Below are positions 45,673-55,744 of a DNA stretch of 64,000 nucleotides, piece after piece. The stretch covers positions 736,001-800,000 of the forward strand of contig CBDBCR010000003.1 of NCBI GenBank assembly GCA_965203465.1, read 5' to 3'. The position numbers were made by a program, and so were the translations under genes. The notes beneath the pieces were generated by a model. That model ran no database searches. It worked only from the letters and a program-made list of their open reading frames with translations, and was not told where the DNA came from. Each line of letters starts with the position of its first letter. Positions within the stretch are counted from its first letter, which is position 1. This stretch comes from Nitrosopumilaceae archaeon (GTDB lineage Archaea; Thermoproteota; Nitrososphaeria; Nitrososphaerales; Nitrosopumilaceae).

Positions 45673-46752
45673 CTAGGGCCCGGCCCCGGCATTAAAACGG
45701 TTTAGGACGGACCAGGCCGGCTTTGCCGAGCCGTCCTCGCGCAGCAGGCCCGAGGCGCACACGTAGTGGCCCAGGCGCTCGGCCACGCGGTCGCTGCCGC
45801 CTAGCGAGACGCCCCCCTCGCGCAGCTCCGGCGAGAACGAGCACGAGCCGGCCGGCCTGTCGTACTGCCGGTACCAGGTCACGTACTCTAGCGATCCGCG
45901 GTTCTGCTCGTAGAATTCTAGCAGCTGCTCCGCGAACTCGGCCTGGTCGGCCTCGCTGCCCCCCACGAACTCGGACGTGCTCCATCCCGCCTCCAGGAAC
46001 GCGGCCGGCCGGGGGCCTGCCAGCTCGAGGCCCAGCTCTAGGTCGGCGCGCGCCTCGGAGGGCGTCTTTGATATCTCGTTGAGCGAATCGACCGGAAAGT
46101 ACGTGAACGCGGCGTAGTCGCCCGCGTCGATCGCCTCGACGACTCGCCCCAGGTCCTTGTTTATGACCCCGTGCAGCGAGTACGCGTTGCCCACGCGCAC
46201 GTCGGGGTGGCGCGCCTTTATCTCAGAGTACACGCGCCCGAACAGCTCCAGGTACTGCGGGATCTCGCTCTCAGAGTACCGGAAGCGCTCTTCGGCCTGC
46301 CCCGCCACGACGAGCGAGTCCACCGCGCCGTACCTCGAAAGGGCCGCGTCGAGCACCGAGACGAGCGCGTCCGGATCCAGCGATTCCAGGTCGGGCTCTC
46401 CCATCCAGCCGGGAAACGGCCCCAGGTCGGCGCCGTTGACCAGCGAGAAAAAGAGCGTCACCGAGAGGCCCCGCTCGGCTGCCAGGAAGACGGCCGGATC
46501 CGTGCTGCTCCAGTCGAACATGCCCGGCTCGGGCTCGACCAGGTTCCAGAACATGTACGCGTTGGTCCGGCCCACGCCGGTCGAGGCGGCCTGCTCGTAT
46601 ATGCCGCGCGCCCCCTCGGCGTCGGTGGCCCCCGGCGCGTTTACCACCAGGCCCAGCCCCGCGTCGGCTTGGGGCCCGCCGAGCGTCGCTGCTACAACGA
46701 CGGCAGCCGCGGCGGCCGCTGCCGCTGCGCCCGCGACGACTGCCCTCTTCAA
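45673..46752 (-). CDS. Membrane-anchored glycoside-hydrolase-like TIM-barrel protein
   Basis: N-terminal hydrophobic anchor; FWNLVEPEPGMFDW, AFTYFP, FLEAGWST, GL...DG..KPAW. Confidence 0.7.
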   Translation of the reverse strand: MKRAVVAGAAAAAAAAAVVVAATLGGPQADAGLGLVVNAPGATDAEGARGIYEQAASTGVGRTNAYMFWNLVEPEPGMFDWSSTDPAVFLAAERGLSVTLFFSLVNGADLGPFPGWMGEPDLESLDPDALVSVLDAALSRYGAVDSLVVAGQAEERFRYSESEIPQYLELFGRVYSEIKARHPDVRVGNAYSLHGVINKDLGRVVEAIDAGDYAAFTYFPVDSLNEISKTPSEARADLELGLELAGPRPAAFLEAGWSTSEFVGGSEADQAEFAEQLLEFYEQNRGSLEYVTWYRQYDRPAGSCSFSPELREGGVSLGGSDRVAERLGHYVCASGLLREDGSAKPAWSVLNRFNAGAGP

Positions 46753-47117
46753 CGGCGCGCCGTTCCCGGCGGGCGGTAAAAAAGTTGCCGCCGGCCGGGC
46801 CTGCCTGCACGCGGCCCCGAAAAAACACGCAGGGGCCTGGGCTGCCGGCGGCGCGGGCGCCGGGCGGTCATGCGCACGCTCGAGCGTTTCCTGACTCTTG
46901 TCATTAACAGAACTTGCCGGTCATGTACCACACGCACGGTAATACGACAGTCCCCGACCCCGTATTTGTACGGCCAAGAGTTCTTTATCTTTGCTAGATG
47001 TACAATGGGGTTTTCTAGAACATGGTCGGTCTTTGTCAGGATGCGCTCAACATCGCTGCTTGCAATCTTGTCAAGATCCCGGACGGCTTTTTCTGACCAT
47101 TCTGCACTCCAAGTCAT
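46749..47117 (-). CDS. RelE/ParE-family toxin, probably degenerate with an extended C-terminus
   Basis: WSEKAVRDLDKI..YKYGVGDCRI..RVRKRSSV; ATGA overlap with the antitoxin. Confidence 0.75.
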   Translation of the reverse strand: MTWSAEWSEKAVRDLDKIASSDVERILTKTDHVLENPIVHLAKIKNSWPYKYGVGDCRITVRVVHDRQVLLMTRVRKRSSVRMTARRPRRRQPRPLRVFSGPRAGRPGRRQLFYRPPGTARR

Positions 47118-47332
47118 AAGCCGTATCTTTGCTTGACTTTTTCGTGCGGAACGCACCTGCCTTCTTCGAATTCTTTTTTCGCCTCTTCGGCATCCAAGAC
47201 GTCCTGCCCCGAGAGATTCTCGTCCTCGGCCAAGTCAAGCACCCTGTTAATCATCTGATCCATGTCTTCGCCCGGGCGGATGTTGGACTCCAAGCGCCCC
47301 ATGGACTCGTCCGATACACGTATGGTGGCCAT
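47114..47332 (-). CDS. RelB-like antitoxin
   Basis: MATIRVSDE..L..GE..D..INR.LD..EEAKKEFEEGRCVPHEKVKQRYGL. Confidence 0.8.
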   Translation of the reverse strand: MATIRVSDESMGRLESNIRPGEDMDQMINRVLDLAEDENLSGQDVLDAEEAKKEFEEGRCVPHEKVKQRYGL

Positions 47333-47380
47333 CAGCGCACGGCTGCACGGCCAGCTTAATGCTACGAGTCGAAGCCGGGC

Positions 47381-50300
47381 CTATTCTGCCGGTCGTGGAA
47401 GATTTCGCCCCGTGCCTGTCTGGTGCGTGGAGGAGGCGGAATTTTCACGCCCGCGGGAATGGGCGCGCGCAAGGCGCCTGTACGCCACCACCGCCGCGGC
47501 CGGCGAGCCGAGCAGCGCGGCGTTGAACAGTATCACCAGCGATCCCAAAAGGGCCACCTGCTCTTCGGAGCCGGGCTCTGCCAGCGACATTGCGCCAAGG
47601 GACCAGAGGAGAGGCTGCAGCGAGGCCCGGACGAGCTCCTTGAACGCCGGGCTCTGCCTTTCCAGGTCGGCGACTGCCGGCGAGAACGCATAGTAGAGCT
47701 GGTTGAACCCGGACAGAAACGCCGCCCCGGCGCCGGTCGAGTCCACCGTGCCGTCGCGCAGCTCGCGCAGGGCCTGCACCTGCGGGGCCATCTCCGTCCC
47801 GTACACTGCAGTAGCTATCAGGCACCCGCCGCCGTCGTCGGCCCGGACGGGCTCGCACGTGCCGCCCTCGGAGAGGAACGTGCCCGGCCCGCACACGAGC
47901 TCTTGTACTGCCGGCTCCTGGGTGACTGGCTCTTGCGCGGCCGGCTCTTGCGTGATCGGCGCCCGGGGCTCGGGCGCGGGCGGCGCCGGCTCTGCGGGCG
48001 CCTCCCTTGCCGGCTCGGCCGGCTTGGGCTCGGCTGCCGGCTCCTGCTGCGGGGCCGGCTCCGGCGCCGCCGGCGTCAGCGTGGCGGCTGCCGGCGGCGC
48101 GGGCACCTCGAAGGTCCGGGTGCCCGTGCACGAATCGATGTTTATCGATTCGGCGTCCGAGACTATGGTGCGGGCCGAGACGAGCGTGGCAGATATCCGG
48201 GCATAGTATTCCGAAGAGTCGAACGGCGCGGTAAAGACGCCGTACCCGGGCGCGTCGCCCGACGGCGTCATCCTGACCAGCCCGGCGACCGGCATGCGGA
48301 CTGTCACGTCGAGCGAGCCGACCGCCGGGCCGGCCACCACGGTGATCAGGCGGGTGTCGCAGTCCCACGAGGCCGACCGTATGTAGACCGCATCTGCGCC
48401 GGACCTGTCGAGGGTGGTGCCCGAGACGCTGCTGCCTCCCCCGCCACCGCCGCCTCCACCGCCTCCACCGCCGGTGTAGGCGGGCTGCCGCGGCGCGGGC
48501 GCGGGAGCTGGCGTGGGAGCTGGCACGCGCTCCAGCGTGGCCGTCCCGAACTGCGAAAAGTGCTTCGTCCATATCGAGTCTAGCGGATCCGAAAAGCACG
48601 CCAGGTTGTCGTGTACGGACGCGTCCGCGTCGAGCGCCGAGATGAACGCGTCGGCGCTCTGCCACGTGCCCGCCGCGCTGCAGGCCGGTATGAGCCGCAC
48701 CGCGCCGGCCGTGTCTATGGAAAAGACCACCGTCCCGGTCCCTATGGCGCCCTCGCCGAGGGCTATGCGGACGGGCCTGTCGAACGCAAGATCGCGCGCC
48801 GGATCGCCCACCTGCCACACCACGGCGTCCGAGAGGGCGTACTGCGCGCCGTACGACGATATGTCCACGTCCGGCGCCGGGCGCGTCGTCGGCGCGGACA
48901 GCTCTATGCGTATGTTCTCGGCCGCCCCCACCAGGGCCGTGCGCGGGGCAAAGTACACGGCCGGGGCGCGCTCGTCGGCGGAATCGACGGCCACGGGCCT
49001 GTCGGGGAACGTGAGCGACGAGAGCACCAGCGCGGAATCGCCCCTGAGCGTTATGGCAGAGTACAGCTGCCGCGTCAGATCGACGGGCGCTGCCGGCGCG
49101 AACGATACGTCCATCCTGTAAGAGTCCGACGGGCCGACCGCGTCGAACAGGTGCATCGAGAGGCCCTGCACGGCGACGGTCGCCGAGGCCAGTTTCAGCC
49201 CTATCCGGTCCGCAAAGCCGGCGGCAAACTGCCCCGAATCGTACTCCAGCACGAGATCCCGGGCGGACAGGTCCAGCGGGGACGAGGCGACGAGATCGAC
49301 GCTCGGCGAGCCGGTCACCGCGGGGTGGCCCGAGACGGTGCGCGCGCCCGCCGAGGCGCCCGACAGCGTCCATACCAGGGTAGACGAGGAGGCCTCGGCG
49401 GTGACCGGCTCGCTGAACAGCGCCGTTATGGTGTTGCGGTTCTTTATCTCCGCAGAGACGAGCGACGGGGGCGTGGTGTCCTTTCTTACGTACAGCTCGG
49501 CGGACGGCCGCGACTCGTTGGAGGCCGGATCCGTCGCCGTGGCAGTCACCGAGTTGAGCCCCTCTGAAATGTCCAGCGTCACCGACCAGGCGCCGGCCGC
49601 GGCGGTCGCCGTCTTTGTCGAATGTACCGTAGTGGCGCTGCCCGTGCTCACCCTGCCCGTCACGGTGACCAGCGAGCCGTCCTCGGCGGTGCCCGATACG
49701 GCGTGCGTCGAGGAGCTGATCAGCGCCCGCGCCGTCGATATGACCGGGGGGGCCGGCGGCATCGTGTCCAGCACGACCGTCTGGGCGGCCGAATCTGCCG
49801 ACGCGTTGCCGGCCGCGTCGAGCGCCCGCGCGGAGACGGAGTTGGACCCTTCGGCCAGCGTCAGCTGCGCGCTCCAGTCGCCGGACGCGTCTGCGGTGGC
49901 GCTCGGGCCCGCGGTGCCGCCCAGCACGAGCCGGACGGTCGAGCCGGGCGCGGCGGTGCCCGACACGGCCAGCGAGGCGCTGTTTGTCAGGGCCGGCAGC
50001 GAGTTGACCGACGGCGCCGGCGGCGGGATGCGGTCGGATGCCGGACCCGTAAAGTCTGCCAAGGCGTTGCCCGCGTCGTCGCCGATGTTGCCCCCAGAGT
50101 ACGCCACGGTGATCTGGGGATCCAGGCTGGCAAGATTCTGCGTGAGGCGCAGGGTGGCCGTAGACGAGAGGCCCGTCTCGCTTATGCCCCCGTAAGAGCT
50201 GACCGCGGCGGGATCGCCGGTTATCGACCAGCCGAACGGCGCGTTGCCGGCGTGGAGCAGTTTGGCGCCTTCCGAAAACGCCACGGTCAGCTGGTTCCTG

Positions 50301-53300
50301 GCGGATGCCTGGACCGAGACGACGGACGGCGGGATCTTGTCCGTTACGGGGAAGGTTCCGGCCTCCATCGATACGGACCGGTCGTCCTCTATCAGGCCGG
50401 TTGTCGCGTAGGATGCCGTCGTGCCGGTCGGGTCCGTGTCGGGCAGGTTGCCGTCCAGCGTGAGCACCAGCGCGCCCGTGAGGGACGAAAGGGAGGTGGT
50501 GGCTCTGACCTGCAGCGAGCCGGCGTCCGTGCCGCCCAGGGTCCACGCGGCGGCGGCCTGGGCGTCGGTGGCGGTGCTGCGCACCGGCCTGTCGAACGTA
50601 ATCTTTATTGAATTCACGGAGACGGCCTCGGCCGACGATACAGACGGCTTGCTCGTGTCCCTTTGGAGCACGATCAGGCCGGCGGAGTCGGACAGCACGG
50701 GCCTGCCCGAGGTGTCCTCTATTGCGTCCCACTGGTTGGTAAGCCTGACCGGCTCGTTCGATCTTGCGAACGCGAGCGCGGCCGAATCCACCGCGAAAGT
50801 GGCCGTCAGCGAGCTTGTCACCATGCTCGGCTGTAGCGTCGAAGAGACGCCGTTCCGGACATCCACCACCACGTACTGCGTCAGCGGCAGCGAGTTGCCA
50901 GAGCCCTCCAGGGCGAACCTGGACGGCTCGCCGCTCTGCAGCACCACCGTCTCGTTGAACCTCACGGACAGCAGAGACGACTGGTGGTCCAGCGCCGCCG
51001 AGCTTATGCGCGGCGGCGTCCTGTCCGGCTCCACGAAGGTAAGCGACGTGAACGGGACCGCCTCGTTGGGCTCCTGCACGTACTTTACGGCGCCCGCCTG
51101 AATCTCCAGCTGCAGGGCCTTGGACAGCAGGTCTTGGCGTATGCTCTCGTCCAGCCTTATCACGAGCCGCGCGCCGTCCAGCGAGTTCAATACCGACGAG
51201 GTTCCAGTCGAGCTGGACAGCGCGTGGAAGACGGTCGGCGCCGACTGCTCGGTCCCCGCCAGGACGAACTTTTCAAGGTCAACCTCGGAGACGTCGATTG
51301 GCCTGTCGAAGACGGCCACCAGCGCGCTCGGGCCCAAATACAGGCCCGCCTGCCTGAAGACGGGCTTTATCTCGGTCTTTGTTATCGTATTGTCCGCCGA
51401 GGCGGCGATGCCGCGCGAGGCCACGTTGGTGAACGCCGAGGCCGCAATGTCCAGCTCTGCCGAGGCTATGTTCATGACCGTGGTCTGGAGCGTCGGCGAC
51501 AGCCTTATGCGCACCTTTATGTCGTCGCTCTCGGTCAGTACCGTCGAGCCGGTCAGCGCGTGCTGGTTGGCCTGGCCGGTCTCCGAGATGTACACGTCGC
51601 CCAGCTTTGCGCTCGTGATGGCCGAGACGTCCATAATGTCGTCGAATTTGAGCTCGAGCACCGTGCCGCCCACCAATACGGCCGACTCCAGCAGCGGGTC
51701 GGTCGTGTCCGGTATCCCGCCTATCCGGAATATCCCGATGCCCTCGTTGGCAAAGGCCGGCTGCGTGCCGCGAGAGGCCACGGCGGCGTACACGTACCCG
51801 CCCGTCTCGAAGGCGGCCACGCCCTGGGGCCACACCAGCTTTATCTTGTCGATCGTCACGGCGTTGCCGGATGTGTCTTTGTGCGCGTTGGTGTACCAGT
51901 TGCGCAGATCCCCGTTCGTCGGGTTTGTCGGATCCGACAGGTTGGCAAGCTGTATGCCGTCGCATCCGTTGGTGGCCCTAAAGTTGGTGTGTCCCAAGCC
52001 GTTCTCGCAGGTGAACACCGCGTACGTAGAGCTGCCCAGCGTGAAGACGTCCACGCCGAAGGCGCCGCGCAGCTCCGTAAAGCTGCCGCCCGTATTCTGG
52101 TCCTGCTGGGCCGAGGCCCGCGTCGGATTCGTCGCGCTGCTCACGTTCAGCACTGTAAAGCCCGTATCGCCCGCATCGGCGCCCTTGCCGGCCCCGGTCG
52201 CCACCACGTACGGCGTGTCGTTCACCACGAACGACTTTATCCCTATCGCCCGGTCCAGGTACGTGTTGGCGTCGTCTGTAACCGTGCTCTGGTGCACCAA
52301 GTTGTTCGGATCCTCCACGTCTATGATTACCACGGCGTTGGCCCCCGGCGCGGCGACGGCCACGTGCGTCCTAGTGCCTATCTCGAACGCGTCTATCCCG
52401 TACGGGTTTCCGAGCGCGGCGACATCGCTCTTGGTTATGCTGCCCATCACGGCCGGGTTGACGGGATCCGTGATGTCGACCACCGAGACGGCCCCCTCCG
52501 TCCTAGCCGTGACCGCCGCGTACGTCTTGCCGTTGTCCGTATAGACCGTCACGCCCCTAACGAGCCCCAGGTTCAGGGTGGCGTCGTCCCGCACGCTGGA
52601 GGTCTGCACCGGGTTGGACGGGTTCGTGACTTCCAGTATGCGGAACCCCCCCTTGCCGCTCGCCAGTATGAGGTAGGTCTTTTCGTTGGCCCCCGATCCG
52701 AGCTTGAACGACTCCAGCTCGTACAGCTGCTTGAGCTCCGCGTCCTTGAACTCCGTCGTATAGTCTGACGAGACCGACGAGGCCGGCGTCGGCTCGAGCG
52801 GGTTGGTCACGTCGATGATCTGCACGCCCCCCTCCAGGGGGATCTGGGCCGTTCCCGTCCCGTACGCGGTCACGGCGATGTACGTCCTGCCGTCTATCTC
52901 AAAGTCCTCCACGAAGAGCGGCGTCTCGAGCGTGGAGAACCCCAGCGCCCCGTCCTGGATCACGCCCCTCGCTAGGAACGCCAGCGTGGTCGTGTCCGTA
53001 AACTCTATCATCTGCAGCGCGTCGTCGTCCTGCGCCGATATGGCCGCGTACGTCTTGCCGCCTACCGTGATCAGGTCGATGCCGGTGGCCCCCGCCAGCC
53101 CGCTGCACACGTTCCCTATGGAATCCGATTCCTCGTCGCGCGTGTCCGAGACGGCCCGCGGCGAGGCCGGGTTCGACAGGTCCACGAACTGCACGCCGTT
53201 GTCGTTCCACGCGGGCACGAACAGGTACGGCGTGCCGCCCAGCGACTCGATGTGCAGTCCCTGCGCGCCCGCGAGCGTGTTGAAGCCGCCCCGGTCGTCC

Positions 53301-54367
53301 GTCATCGTGGCCACGATGTTCGGGCTGGCCGGGGTGCTCAGGTCTATCACGTGCACCACGGTCTTTTCCCCCGAAGATGCCGAGACCACCGCGTACGGCT
53401 TGCCGCCGATGGTCGTCGTCACCACGTCTTTGGGCTCCGATATGGACTGCGCCCACGTGTTGGACGAGAACACCAGCGACGGAGAGGACGGGTTGGCCAG
53501 GCTCACTATCTGCAAGTTGCCGTCGTGGTCGGCGTCGAGCGTTTTGTTGGTCAGCTCGCCGTTGACGGCCACCACCGCGTGCTTTACGGCGTTGATCTCG
53601 ATGACGTCGATCGCGTTGCGGTACCCCTCCAAGCTGGACAGCCACGTCCCGTCGGACTGCCAGACGAACGACGGCGAGGCCGGCGTCGATACGTCTATCA
53701 CGGTCAGGCCGCCCGGCAGCAAATTCCCAAAGTCGCCCGCCGATATGGCGTACGTGTTGTTGCCCGACGAAAAGACCGCGCTCGAATACGCCCCTCCCAG
53801 GTGGTCGTATTTCGTGTCCGTGTTCGGATCAGAGTCCACGTCGGTGCCCTGCCCCACGAAAGAGACGAACGCGGGCGCCGTCGGATCCGTAATATCTACC
53901 AGCTGCAGGCCGGAGCCGCGCGCGCTGCTTGCCGAGGCGGGCGCTTTTTCGGTGGGAGAGAAGAAGCCCAGCCCCAGGCGCCCGGGCGAGGTGACTAGCA
54001 TGTATTTTTTGCTGTCGCCCGTCACGCTGAACGACTCTATGTGGGTGGGGTCGTAAAGCCCCCACTCGTTGGCGTTGCCCGCGTCGTTGTTGCGCTGCTC
54101 CCAGACGATGTCCATCTCGTCCTGATCCGTGATGTCAAAGACGCCCAGCGCGTTGTCGCCAGAGGCCGTCGCGATCGCGTAGATTTTGCCGTTGTGCTCG
54201 ACCAGCAGCACGTCCTCCGGGGACCCCAGATAGTGTATGGTGCCCTCGTCGTCGTCGATGTCGGCCACGTACCGGAACGCAGGGCCGGTGTCGAACGTCT
54301 GGGCCGTCGCTGCCGGCACAAACGCCACGGAGACGGCGGCCAGCGCCATTATAATGCCAATCTTCAA
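47381..54367 (-). CDS. Giant secreted/surface protein: LVIVD repeats, Ig-like domains, poly-Gly and Pro-rich linkers, CFI-box-CTERM anchor
   Basis: Signal peptide; repeated LQLVDITDPTAP-type motifs; VSGTA..ADASGDWS..EGSN..DAAGN Ig folds; GGGCLIATAVYGTEMAPQVQALRELRD plus a TM segment. Confidence 0.9.
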   Translation of the reverse strand: MKIGIIMALAAVSVAFVPAATAQTFDTGPAFRYVADIDDDEGTIHYLGSPEDVLLVEHNGKIYAIATASGDNALGVFDITDQDEMDIVWEQRNNDAGNANEWGLYDPTHIESFSVTGDSKKYMLVTSPGRLGLGFFSPTEKAPASASSARGSGLQLVDITDPTAPAFVSFVGQGTDVDSDPNTDTKYDHLGGAYSSAVFSSGNNTYAISAGDFGNLLPGGLTVIDVSTPASPSFVWQSDGTWLSSLEGYRNAIDVIEINAVKHAVVAVNGELTNKTLDADHDGNLQIVSLANPSSPSLVFSSNTWAQSISEPKDVVTTTIGGKPYAVVSASSGEKTVVHVIDLSTPASPNIVATMTDDRGGFNTLAGAQGLHIESLGGTPYLFVPAWNDNGVQFVDLSNPASPRAVSDTRDEESDSIGNVCSGLAGATGIDLITVGGKTYAAISAQDDDALQMIEFTDTTTLAFLARGVIQDGALGFSTLETPLFVEDFEIDGRTYIAVTAYGTGTAQIPLEGGVQIIDVTNPLEPTPASSVSSDYTTEFKDAELKQLYELESFKLGSGANEKTYLILASGKGGFRILEVTNPSNPVQTSSVRDDATLNLGLVRGVTVYTDNGKTYAAVTARTEGAVSVVDITDPVNPAVMGSITKSDVAALGNPYGIDAFEIGTRTHVAVAAPGANAVVIIDVEDPNNLVHQSTVTDDANTYLDRAIGIKSFVVNDTPYVVATGAGKGADAGDTGFTVLNVSSATNPTRASAQQDQNTGGSFTELRGAFGVDVFTLGSSTYAVFTCENGLGHTNFRATNGCDGIQLANLSDPTNPTNGDLRNWYTNAHKDTSGNAVTIDKIKLVWPQGVAAFETGGYVYAAVASRGTQPAFANEGIGIFRIGGIPDTTDPLLESAVLVGGTVLELKFDDIMDVSAITSAKLGDVYISETGQANQHALTGSTVLTESDDIKVRIRLSPTLQTTVMNIASAELDIAASAFTNVASRGIAASADNTITKTEIKPVFRQAGLYLGPSALVAVFDRPIDVSEVDLEKFVLAGTEQSAPTVFHALSSSTGTSSVLNSLDGARLVIRLDESIRQDLLSKALQLEIQAGAVKYVQEPNEAVPFTSLTFVEPDRTPPRISSAALDHQSSLLSVRFNETVVLQSGEPSRFALEGSGNSLPLTQYVVVDVRNGVSSTLQPSMVTSSLTATFAVDSAALAFARSNEPVRLTNQWDAIEDTSGRPVLSDSAGLIVLQRDTSKPSVSSAEAVSVNSIKITFDRPVRSTATDAQAAAAWTLGGTDAGSLQVRATTSLSSLTGALVLTLDGNLPDTDPTGTTASYATTGLIEDDRSVSMEAGTFPVTDKIPPSVVSVQASARNQLTVAFSEGAKLLHAGNAPFGWSITGDPAAVSSYGGISETGLSSTATLRLTQNLASLDPQITVAYSGGNIGDDAGNALADFTGPASDRIPPPAPSVNSLPALTNSASLAVSGTAAPGSTVRLVLGGTAGPSATADASGDWSAQLTLAEGSNSVSARALDAAGNASADSAAQTVVLDTMPPAPPVISTARALISSSTHAVSGTAEDGSLVTVTGRVSTGSATTVHSTKTATAAAGAWSVTLDISEGLNSVTATATDPASNESRPSAELYVRKDTTPPSLVSAEIKNRNTITALFSEPVTAEASSSTLVWTLSGASAGARTVSGHPAVTGSPSVDLVASSPLDLSARDLVLEYDSGQFAAGFADRIGLKLASATVAVQGLSMHLFDAVGPSDSYRMDVSFAPAAPVDLTRQLYSAITLRGDSALVLSSLTFPDRPVAVDSADERAPAVYFAPRTALVGAAENIRIELSAPTTRPAPDVDISSYGAQYALSDAVVWQVGDPARDLAFDRPVRIALGEGAIGTGTVVFSIDTAGAVRLIPACSAAGTWQSADAFISALDADASVHDNLACFSDPLDSIWTKHFSQFGTATLERVPAPTPAPAPAPRQPAYTGGGGGGGGGGGGGSSVSGTTLDRSGADAVYIRSASWDCDTRLITVVAGPAVGSLDVTVRMPVAGLVRMTPSGDAPGYGVFTAPFDSSEYYARISATLVSARTIVSDAESINIDSCTGTRTFEVPAPPAAATLTPAAPEPAPQQEPAAEPKPAEPAREAPAEPAPPAPEPRAPITQEPAAQEPVTQEPAVQELVCGPGTFLSEGGTCEPVRADDGGGCLIATAVYGTEMAPQVQALRELRDGTVDSTGAGAAFLSGFNQLYYAFSPAVADLERQSPAFKELVRASLQPLLWSLGAMSLAEPGSEEQVALLGSLVILFNAALLGSPAAAVVAYRRLARAHSRGRENSASSTHQTGTGRNLPRPAE

Positions 54368-54375
54368 AGGTCACA

Positions 54376-54386
54376 CCCCCCCCCCC
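54376..54386 (-). repeat. G11 tract in the leader of the giant surface-protein gene
   Basis: C11 on the + strand, 8 bp upstream of the TTG start; TATA TTTATAT at ~54452-54458. Confidence 0.9.
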
Positions 54387-54600
54387 AGCCTAGGTGCGGG
54401 CATGATACGCGCTCAGCAAGCTCGTCCACGGGCAGTTTCCTCGATTGGGCATATAAATATCAGATCTCGGGCTGTTGCCCGCCGGCGGCGCTACCGCATG
54501 CCAAAGTCCGGCCCCGCCCGATCGCCTCGCGCCGTTGCACGGCGCTGTAAGGGCGGCCCGGCGTCAGCCTCCGCGCCGCTACGAAAAAACCCGCGCCGGT

Positions 54601-55743
54601 TCAATCGCGCGCCGCCGCCTGCGCCGAGCCCTGCAGGCGGCGTTCAGCTGCGCGCAAAATCGGTCGCGCGCACCAAAAGCGCGTGCTCTGACGCTGCCGC
54701 CCGCAGTATCTTCGCGCGGCGCGGTTTCCGGAGGATCCGCCCGGAACGTGCTCTCCGAGGGGCGCCCGGCGTCCCCGTCTATGAGACCCGCGTCCCTCGC
54801 CGCGCCAGACCGACGCCGCCGCGTCGCCTGCGGATGTTTTGCCCGCCATGTGATCCCGCATGTGTCCGGCAAGCAGCAGGGCGAGCAGGACGTTAGTTGT
54901 GTGATCTGTTTTTTTGTACGGTTTTTTCTTGGATACGAATGTGCCGGCAAAGTCGCTGCGGTTTTTTGCGTCCGTGCGCGTGATGGTGACCGCGTTGCCT
55001 AGATCCAGCATGCGGCCGACGGACTCTGCGATGTCGGCTATGATCTAGCCCGGACTGTATCTGCCGTTGTCGAATTTGCCCGCCTTCATCGCGGTAAGTT
55101 TGGGAAACGCGCCGAACGCTTCTGCGATGTCGTTCATGGTAGATCCCCGGATCAGCAGCCCTGTGTCATGGGCCTGCTTGGCAACCTCTATCTGGCGGTT
55201 GCTCCGAAGGCCCACGGTGCCCAGCGCCGAGGCCGTAAGCTTGTCGCCCAACAGCCATCCGCGCGTCAGGATGCGCATGTCCGCCGGCGTCGCAAAGTCG
55301 AGCACCTCGTAGCCGGCCTTGACGGTTCTTGAGCCCATTGCAATCTCGGCATCGCAGAAAAAATCCACCTTGACGTGCGTTCTGTTTCCGAAACAAGAAT
55401 CAAAGAACGCCTTGTAAGATACCAAGTTCTTGAGCGGGTATGGTTTTTTGGGTTCGTGCAGTTCGAATGATATCTCTTCCGGCATCCAGCCGTCCCCCCG
55501 CATGGCAGCGTCTACCGCCGCTACGGGCAACGTGGCGGCAAGATCCACATCCAAGCTCACCCGGCCCGCCCGCATAGAACGACATGCACAGGCCCCCTCT
55601 TGTGACGCAGTCGAGCCGGCCGGCTATGTGGCTCCAACTAAGTCCATCACGAATTTTTCGACCATGTCGCCGTGTGCGAACTTGTACGCGTCGGTCATTG
55701 CCGCGATGGCTCCCTTTTCTAGCGAGCGTGCAAGACGCAACAC
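54601..55743 (-). pseudogene. AbiEii/AbiGii-like nucleotidyltransferase toxin, disrupted
   Basis: Across frames: VEKFVMD..DCVTRGGLCMSFY..RVSLDVDL..LLGDKLTA..EVAKQAHD. Two frameshifts (~55635, ~55565) and an in-frame TAG at 55045-55047. Confidence 0.65.
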
Positions 55744-55744
55744 G

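Noticed and set aside
54368-54403. G11 tract as an in-frame ON/OFF switch within the surface-protein CDS
   Set aside because: A TGA in the gene's frame lies downstream of the tract, so ATG 54403 cannot be the CDS start at any tract length.
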